Assembly: GCA_046331285.1 (NCBI GenBank)
Contig: JAXLRD010000013.1
Span: forward strand, 18,700-82,699
From: Vicinamibacteria bacterium
GTDB lineage: Bacteria; Acidobacteriota; Vicinamibacteria; Fen-336
Length of the DNA: 64,000 bases
Direction: 5' to 3'
The position numbers and the translations under genes are program-made. Within the stretch, counting starts at the first letter, position 1. Every line of letters begins with the position of its first letter. Under the pieces are notes generated by a model that saw only the letters and a program-made list of their open reading frames with translations, was not told where the DNA came from and made no database searches. Shown here piece by piece: positions 58,029 through 64,000 of this stretch.

Positions 58029-59480
58029 ATGCCGACACTCCGCCGCCCTCCCGCCCTTCTCGCCGCCCTCCTCCTCGCCGTCCCCGTGGCCGCGGGCCCC
58101 GGGGACGCCGGCCCGCCGCCCCTCCGCGTCGGCAACGTCTTCCCCCACATGACGGTGATGGCGCCGGGCGTCGGCAGCGACAGCGAGACGGGCATCGGCG
58201 CGCTCGTCGCCTGGGCGGACCGGCTGTGGGCCATCGGCTACGTGGCCCACGTCAAGGGCGAGGGCATCGGCCTCTACGAGATCGGCGAGGACATGTCCTT
58301 CCGCCGCCATCCCGCGTCGGTGACGGGCACGTTCGCGAACCGGCTCGTGCACTGGGAGTCGCAGCAGGCGTTCATCGGCCCCCACGCGATCGACCCGCAG
58401 GGCCGCGTGCGCACGATCGAGGACCTGAAGGGTCAGCGCCTCACCGCGACGGCGCGCCACCTCGTCGACCCCGCCGGCCGGGTGTACGTGCTGACGATGG
58501 AGGGCCTCCTCTACGAGGTCGACGTGAAGACGCTCGCCGCGACGCGGCTCTTCGACCTCAACCGCGAGCTCGGCCTGCCGCCGGGCGCGCAGCCGCACTA
58601 CAAGGGCGCCTTCACCGCCCAGGGCCGCCTCGTGGTCGCGAACAACACGTACGAGGAAGAAGAGGCGCTCGGCCGGCGCGCGGCGGGGCGCCTCGCCGAG
58701 TGGGACGGCCGGGGGCCGTGGCGGGTCCTCGAGACGAACCCGTTCGTCGAGGTCTCGGGCAAGCAGAACCCGAGAGTCGGCGAGCGCTACGGCAACACGC
58801 TCTACGCTCTCGGCTGGGACGACCGCTCGGTGATCCTGCGCGTCCTGCACGGCGGCGAGTGGACGCGCTACCGCCTGCCCCAGGGCAGCCACTCGTTCGA
58901 CCACACGTGGAACACCGAGTGGATGCGGATCCGCGAGGCGCAGACCGAGCGCTACCTGATGGACGCCTTCGGCCTCTTCTACGAGCTGCCGCCGCTCGTC
59001 TACGGCGGGAAGGTGTGGGGGATCCGGCCGATCGCGACCCACCTGCGCATCGTCCCGGACTTCTGCTACTGGCGCGGGCTGTTCGTCATGGCCGGCGACC
59101 AGGCCGACAACGCGAGCGGCCAGCCGCAGTCGGGCCTCTGGTTCGGCAACGTCGACGACCTGTGGTCCTTCGGGAAGCCGTCGGGCTGGGGCTCGGTCTG
59201 GAAGCGCACGAGCGTCGCGGCCGGCGAGGCGTCCGACCCCTTCCTGATGACCGGCTTCGACGGCAAGACGCTGCACGTCGCGCAGGACGGCGGCGCGGCG
59301 CTCACCGTCGACGTCGAGGTCGACTTCACGGGCGACGGCGCCTGGCGCCGCTACGGGTCCGTCGAGGTCCCGGCCGGCGGCTACGCGCACCACGTGTTCC
59401 CGCCCGGCTACGGCGCGCACTGGGTGCGCGTGCGGGCGCGCGAGGCGGCCGTCGCCACCGCGACGTTCGTCTACGAGTGA
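58029..59480 (+). CDS. secreted protein of unknown function (483 aa, beta-rich)
   Basis: ATG at codon 13 of the track ORF. Signal peptide MPTLRRPPALLAALLLAVPVAAGPG. I recognise no motif. Trp/Gly-rich conserved-looking blocks are present (FDHTWNTEWMRIRE, LWFGNVDDLWSFGKPSGWG). Confidence 0.7.
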   Translation: MPTLRRPPALLAALLLAVPVAAGPGDAGPPPLRVGNVFPHMTVMAPGVGSDSETGIGALVAWADRLWAIGYVAHVKGEGIGLYEIGEDMSFRRHPASVTGTFANRLVHWESQQAFIGPHAIDPQGRVRTIEDLKGQRLTATARHLVDPAGRVYVLTMEGLLYEVDVKTLAATRLFDLNRELGLPPGAQPHYKGAFTAQGRLVVANNTYEEEEALGRRAAGRLAEWDGRGPWRVLETNPFVEVSGKQNPRVGERYGNTLYALGWDDRSVILRVLHGGEWTRYRLPQGSHSFDHTWNTEWMRIREAQTERYLMDAFGLFYELPPLVYGGKVWGIRPIATHLRIVPDFCYWRGLFVMAGDQADNASGQPQSGLWFGNVDDLWSFGKPSGWGSVWKRTSVAAGEASDPFLMTGFDGKTLHVAQDGGAALTVDVEVDFTGDGAWRRYGSVEVPAGGYAHHVFPPGYGAHWVRVRAREAAVATATFVYE

Positions 59481-59599
59481 GCGGCGCGTGGAGCGTGCGG
59501 CCCACGCTTCGCGCGCTCGGCTGATGCCTTCGCATCACCCCGCGCGGGTGTGACACAAGTCTGACGATCGCGCGCCGCGCGCGCTGCTACAACGCGGCC

Positions 59600-61352
59600 A
59601 TGGAACGGCCGCTCCCTCCTCGGCACCCTCTCGGCTCCCGCGCGCGCGTGCTCCTCGCGAGCGTCTTCGGCCCGTACGCGCAGGACGACGCCTTCGGCTC
59701 GCGGGCCATCAACCCGATGGAGCTGTACCACAACCAGGTCACGCGCGTTCAGGGCGGCTTCTCGCTGCGGATGTTCCACCGCTCGTGGGGCCTGATGATG
59801 ATCCAGGCGAACCTCGAGGCTCCGGCGACGCTCCTCGACTTCCCCACCCTCGAGCGATTCGAGGAGGAGCTGCGCGCGGTGCCCTACGACGTCGTGGGCA
59901 TCAGCGGGATCACGCCGAACGTCGGCAAGGTGCGCCACATGTGCGCGCTCGTCCGGCGAATCCAGCCCCGCGCGACGATCGTCGTGGGCGGCCACGTGGC
60001 CAACCGCCCCGGCCTGCGGGACCTCGTCGACGCCGATCACGTCGTGGCCGGCGAGGGCATCTCGTGGTTCCGCGCCTTCCTCGGCGAGGACGAGGGCGCG
60101 CCGGTGCGCCACCCCGTGGTCGACTCGGCGTTCGGCGCGCGGACGATGGGAGTGCCCTTCGGCACCGGGCCGGGCGAGACCGCGGCGACCGTCGTCCCGT
60201 CCGTCGGGTGCCCGCTCGGGTGCAACTTCTGCTCGACCTCGGCGATGTTCGGCGGCAAGGGCCGTTCGGTCGCGTTCTACGAGGACGGCGACGCCCTCTT
60301 CGAGGTGATGCTCGGGATCGAGAAGGCCACGGGCACGCGCGCCTTCTTCGTCATGGACGAGAACTTCCTCCTCTTCCGCGAGCGCGCGCTGCGCCTGCTC
60401 GCCCGGATGCGGCGGGCACGGGAAGAGCTGGGGCCTCTACGTCTTCAGCTCCGCGAACGCGCTCGCGCGCTACTCGGACGACGAGCTCGTCGGCCTCGGC
60501 GTGTCGTGGGTGTGGCTCGGCCTCGAGGGAAAGGGGAGCGCCTACCCGAAGCTCCGCGGGAAGGACACGCCCGCTCTCGTCGCACGGCTCCAGTCGCTCG
60601 GCATCCGCGTCCTCGGCTCGTCGATCGTGGGCCTGCCCGAGCACGACGCCGCGACGATCGACGACGCCATCGACCACGCCGTCGCCCACGACACCGAGTT
60701 CCACCAGTTCATGCTCTACACGCCGGTGCCGGGCACGCCGCTCTACGCCGACCACGCCGCGGCGGGCACCCTGCTCCCGGCCGACGAGTGCCCCGACGCC
60801 GACACGCACGGCCAGCTCCGCTTCAACTACCGGCACCCGCGGATCCGCGCGGGCGAGGAGACGGAGTACCTCCTCCGCGCGTTCCGCCGCGACTTCGAGG
60901 TGAACGGGCCGAGCGTGGCGCGGATCGCCCGCACGCTCCTGAAGGGCTACCGCGCGCTCCGGGACCACCCGGACCCGCGCGTGCGGGAGCGCGTCCACTT
61001 CGAGACGAAGGGGCTGCCGACGGAGTACGCCGGCGCCCTCTGGGCCTCGGAGCGGTGGTTCGGCCGCGGGAACCCGCGGCTCGCCGCCCGGCTTCGCTCG
61101 ACGCGCCGGGAGATCGAGCGCGCGTTCGGCTGGAAGGCGCGCGTGGCGGCGCGTGTCGTCGGCCCGGTCGTGCTCGCGACGCTGTGGCGCGAGGAGAGAC
61201 GGCTGCGGCGGGGCCGCACCTACGAGCCGCCGACGTTCTACGAGGCGAACGCGGCGGCGCTCGCGCGGCCCGAGGTGACCGGCCGCGGCGCCGAGCCGTG
61301 CCGCTGGGTCGAACCGCCGGCGCGCGCGGAGAGGGCCGAAGCCGTCGCCTGA
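59600..61352 (+). pseudogene. B12-binding-domain radical SAM enzyme, split by a +1 frame change near 60416-60422 (or indel error)
   Basis: Frame 2 gives YDVVGISGITPNVGK...IVVGGHVA (B12-binding) and VPSVGCPLGCNFCST (CxxxCxxC), up to ...LLARMRRA. It continues in frame 0 as GKSWGLYVFSSANAL...VSWVWLGLEGK...HQFMLYTPVPGTPLY. The other halves of both track ORFs are junk. Confidence 0.7.
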
Positions 61353-61359
61353 AGCGCGC

Positions 61360-62568
61360 TCAGGCGGCCGGGGCCGGGGCGGGCCGCATCAGCTCTCGCG
61401 CGATCCAGCCGCCCCACAGGGCCATCAGCACGGGGGCCGCGCGAACGCCACCGGAGCCGACCGGAACCCAGGCCGTCTCGAGGAAGAGGGCGGGCACGAC
61501 CAGCGCCGCGAGGAGGAAGGCTCTCGCGCCCGCGGGGCGCGACGCGCGGAGCCACGCGTGGAAGGGCGCCGCCACCGCGAGGAGCAGCAGGGTGTCGTAG
61601 AAGTAGAGGTGCGGCGTGAAGAAGACGGTCAGGAGAAGGCTGGCGGCCACTCTCCGGTCGTCGAGGGGAGCCGTCGGCGGCTCGCGGACCCACAACAGGG
61701 CGACGACGGCGAGCGCGGCCGCGAGACCGACGCGCGTCAGGGTGATCGTGAGCGGCGGGGCGACGCCGAGCAGGGCCAGGAAGCCGCGGAAGTTGTACAT
61801 GTGGGCCGGGTACACGAGCTGGTAGTCGTACGTGACTTCGAGCGCCCGCGTCACCGCCAGGAAGTCCCGCCAGGGCCCGACGCCGACGACGGCGACCGTC
61901 CCGAGCGCCACCACGGCGGAACCGGCCGCGAACCAGGCGAGGGCGCGGCCGCGTCGGCGCAGCGCCGTGACGAGGAGCGGCGCCAGGAAGAGCTGCGGCT
62001 TCACCGCGAAGGCGACGAGGCACAGGCCGCTCGCGCGATCGTCGCCCCTGCGCAGGCCGCGCCACCAGCCCAGGAGGGCGAGGAGGACGAGGAGGGTCAC
62101 CTGCCCCTTGTACAGGGTCACGAAGAGCATCGGGAACGCGAGGGTGGCGGCCAGGCCGAGCGCCCGCTCGCCGGGCCGCTCGCCCGCCGCGCGCCAGGCG
62201 CCGCGGCCGAGCGCCGCGGCGAGGGCGAGCTGGAGGACGCTCCACACGCGGTGGGCGGCGTCGATGGGCAGCGCCGCCAGCGGAAGCAGGGCCACGGCGA
62301 CGCTCGGCGGGCTCACGAACGGCAGCGGCCCGCCGCGCAGGGGCAGGAACCCGAGAAGCGCGGCCTGGTAGGCCGCCTGCAGCCGCAGGTCGTAGAGCCG
62401 CGCGCCGAACCCGTCGCGGACGATCGCGGCGCCCGTGTAGAACGCGTCGAAGTCGACGGGCTGGAACCGGCCGGCGCGCGCGAGGCCCGTCCACCACGCG
62501 ACGTACGAGCCCCCGGCGACGAGGGCGAGGGCGGCGAGCGCGACGTCCGTCCGCCGCTCGGGAGTCAT
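61360..62568 (-). CDS. GT87/DUF2029-like polytopic membrane glycosyltransferase
   Basis: About 11 helices. An early PVDFDAFYTGA loop and the KPQLFLAP motif are typical of the DUF2029 mannosyltransferase family. Confidence 0.7.
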   Translation of the reverse strand: MTPERRTDVALAALALVAGGSYVAWWTGLARAGRFQPVDFDAFYTGAAIVRDGFGARLYDLRLQAAYQAALLGFLPLRGGPLPFVSPPSVAVALLPLAALPIDAAHRVWSVLQLALAAALGRGAWRAAGERPGERALGLAATLAFPMLFVTLYKGQVTLLVLLALLGWWRGLRRGDDRASGLCLVAFAVKPQLFLAPLLVTALRRRGRALAWFAAGSAVVALGTVAVVGVGPWRDFLAVTRALEVTYDYQLVYPAHMYNFRGFLALLGVAPPLTITLTRVGLAAALAVVALLWVREPPTAPLDDRRVAASLLLTVFFTPHLYFYDTLLLLAVAAPFHAWLRASRPAGARAFLLAALVVPALFLETAWVPVGSGGVRAAPVLMALWGGWIARELMRPAPAPAA

Positions 62569-62576
62569 GGCCCGCT

Positions 62577-62582
62577 ACTATA
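62577..62582 (-). promoter_or_regulatory. candidate -10 box TATAGT 8 nt upstream of the GT87 ATG
   Basis: Minus strand reads gcgTATAGTagcgggccATG, in the 22-nt gap after the upstream stop. Confidence 0.3.
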
Positions 62583-62590
62583 CGCGGCCG

Positions 62591-64000
62591 TCAGCGCGGA
62601 GACGCCGCCGCCGCGAGCTCGTCCGCGCGCCGCCTGGCGAGGGCGGCCGCGCGCGGCTCCCCGGCCGCGGCGAGGGCGTCCGCGGCGAGGCCGTAGAACT
62701 CCGCGTAGGCGCGCGCGCAGCCGCGATCGTCCTCCGTGGCGGCGAGCACCCCCGGGCGGAGCGAGCGCACCGCCTCGGGCTCGCGCTCGAGCGCGCGCAG
62801 CGCGACCCCGGCGGCCTCGCTCCAGCGTCCCGCTTCGGCTGCGGCGCGGTACCGGGGCCCGTAGACGAGGGCGAACGGGACCTGGCAGTCGCTCGCGCGG
62901 AGAAGGGAGCGCCCCGCGGGAAGGGGACGCCCGACCCACGCGCCGAGGAGAGCGGTCGCGAGAACGGCCGCGACGGCGGCGGCGCGGCGGCCCGACGCCG
63001 CGAGACGGACGACGCTCACGAGGGCGAACGCGGCGAACGGGATGAGGGCGGCCAGGAGCGGAGCCCGGAAGCGCGAGAGCGGGTAGAAGACGAGCATCGC
63101 CGCCACGTTGCCGGCGGCGACGAGGGCGAGAGGCCACGCGGGCCGGTGCCGGAGGGCGAGGACGAGGCCGACGAGTCCGGGCGGCGCGACGACGAGAAAC
63201 GTCACCGGCAGCGCGAGGATCGGGGCCGCCGCGCGATACGCGTAGAAGTTCGCGTTGTTCGGGATCTCGTACCAGTGGAAGACGGCGGCGAGCTTGCGGC
63301 CGAGCTGGCCGAGGTAGCTCGCCGCTCCCGGGTGGGTGCGCAGCGCGGCGACCGCGGAGGGGAGCAGCCGGCCGTCGGCGTCGGTCACGATGCGGCCGGC
63401 GTGGCGGCTCACGAAGGCGCCGACGTCGCCCGGGAAGTCCTCGGCGTTCGCGTTCACGAAGGTCATCGCGCCGACGCCCGAGAGGGCGAGCGCCGGAGCG
63501 CCGACCGCCACGTTCCGCGCCACGACGGGCGCGAGCACGATCACGGCGCCGAGGGCGGTCGCCGCCGCGCGGGCGAGGGCCTGTCGCGCGCCCCTCCGGT
63601 CGGCGAGAGCGCGGAGCGCGAGCGCGGGCAGCAGCCACAGGGCGAGGCTCGTCTTCAGGAGGAAGGCGAGGGCGGCGGCGGCACCGAGCGCCACCTCACC
63701 CCGCGCGCCGCGGGGAGGCGCCGCGAGCCAGAAGGCCAGGAGCAGGCTCGCCGCGACGAGCAGCGACTCGCGCAGCAGCTGCATCTCGAAGTAGAGAAGC
63801 GTGCCGCAGAGGACGGCGAGAAAGGCGGCGACGGCGGCGGCGAGGTCGCCGAAGGCGCGGCGGGCCGCGAGCCAGACGAGCGCGTTCGCGAGGACGCCGA
63901 CGAGGAGCTGCCAGGCGAACACGTGGCGCACGTCGCGTCCCGCCGCGGCGTACGTCAGGCCGACGAGCCACGGGTAGAGCGGCTCCTGGTGGTAGGTGGC
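62591..64000 (-). CDS. ArnT/PMT_2-like (GT39/GT83-type) membrane glycosyltransferase with a helical-repeat C-terminus; 5' end outside the window
   Basis: The frame is open to nt 64000 (ATYHQEPLYPWLVGLTYAAAGRDVRHVFAWQLL...). Multiple TM helices follow, then a soluble Ala/Arg-rich TPR-like tail. Confidence 0.75.
   Translation of the reverse strand, partial: ATYHQEPLYPWLVGLTYAAAGRDVRHVFAWQLLVGVLANALVWLAARRAFGDLAAAVAAFLAVLCGTLLYFEMQLLRESLLVAASLLLAFWLAAPPRGARGEVALGAAAALAFLLKTSLALWLLPALALRALADRRGARQALARAAATALGAVIVLAPVVARNVAVGAPALALSGVGAMTFVNANAEDFPGDVGAFVSRHAGRIVTDADGRLLPSAVAALRTHPGAASYLGQLGRKLAAVFHWYEIPNNANFYAYRAAAPILALPVTFLVVAPPGLVGLVLALRHRPAWPLALVAAGNVAAMLVFYPLSRFRAPLLAALIPFAAFALVSVVRLAASGRRAAAVAAVLATALLGAWVGRPLPAGRSLLRASDCQVPFALVYGPRYRAAAEAGRWSEAAGVALRALEREPEAVRSLRPGVLAATEDDRGCARAYAEFYGLAADALAAAGEPRAAALARRRADELAAAASPR

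Noticed and set aside
55908-59420. 1170-aa minus-strand ORF
   Set aside because: It overlaps dinG out of frame and the secreted protein in antisense. It has low-complexity composition.
1-64000. tRNA, rRNA, tmRNA, RNase P or riboswitch candidates in intergenic gaps
   Set aside because: All gaps are 215 nt or shorter. None shows cloverleaf-type nested stems or a motif I recognise. The only structured or repetitive gap (54407-54621) is reported separately.

Overview
This is a very GC-rich (about 70% by eye), densely coding bacterial chromosomal segment. It holds roughly 55 genes, most gaps are under 100 bp, and many neighbouring genes share 4-nt GTGA/ATGA start-stop overlaps. Gene content includes Tat-exported oxidoreductases, GH3/GH9/GH92 glycosidases, three Hanks-type Ser/Thr kinases, an MJ0042-type zinc-ribbon membrane protein, FadL, and GT87/PMT-like glycosyltransferases. 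That mix suggests a soil Acidobacteriota-, Gemmatimonadota- or Myxococcota-like organism; I cannot place it more precisely. Housekeeping blocks are pckG, leucine-catabolic liu genes dispersed over three sites, pfk, yggS-yggT-divIVA-yggU, queC-queE-queD, hutI and dinG. I recognised no rRNA, tRNA, CRISPR array, transposase or integrase. The observations most worth a second look are:

1. A 6.6-kb seven-gene operon joins an RsbW/STAS/FHA-GAF-PP2C partner-switching module and a receiver-Hanks-kinase fusion to methylcrotonyl-CoA carboxylase alpha and HMG-CoA lyase.
2. Divergently transcribed from it is an ECF sigma/anti-sigma pair. This is followed by a 980-aa metallopeptidase-propeller-barrel protein, a signal-less GH9 and a PrsW protease.
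3. An amicyanin-like cupredoxin gene sits directly upstream of a sensor-HAMP-Hanks kinase.
4. A low-GC island between fadL and a GH3 gene carries eight ACGGA repeats and ends in a 59-nt hairpin. It could be a Csr/Rsm-type sponge RNA or a repeated operator.
5. A direct repeat of about 565 bp duplicates queD and the 5' end of queE, and flanks a decayed GH92 pseudogene.
6. TAnAAT-like -10 boxes recur 6-10 nt upstream of start codons, suggesting widespread leaderless transcripts.

Several genes change reading frame internally. This reflects either real decay or indel errors in the assembly. Coordinates of short motifs were read by eye and may be off by 1-2 nt.
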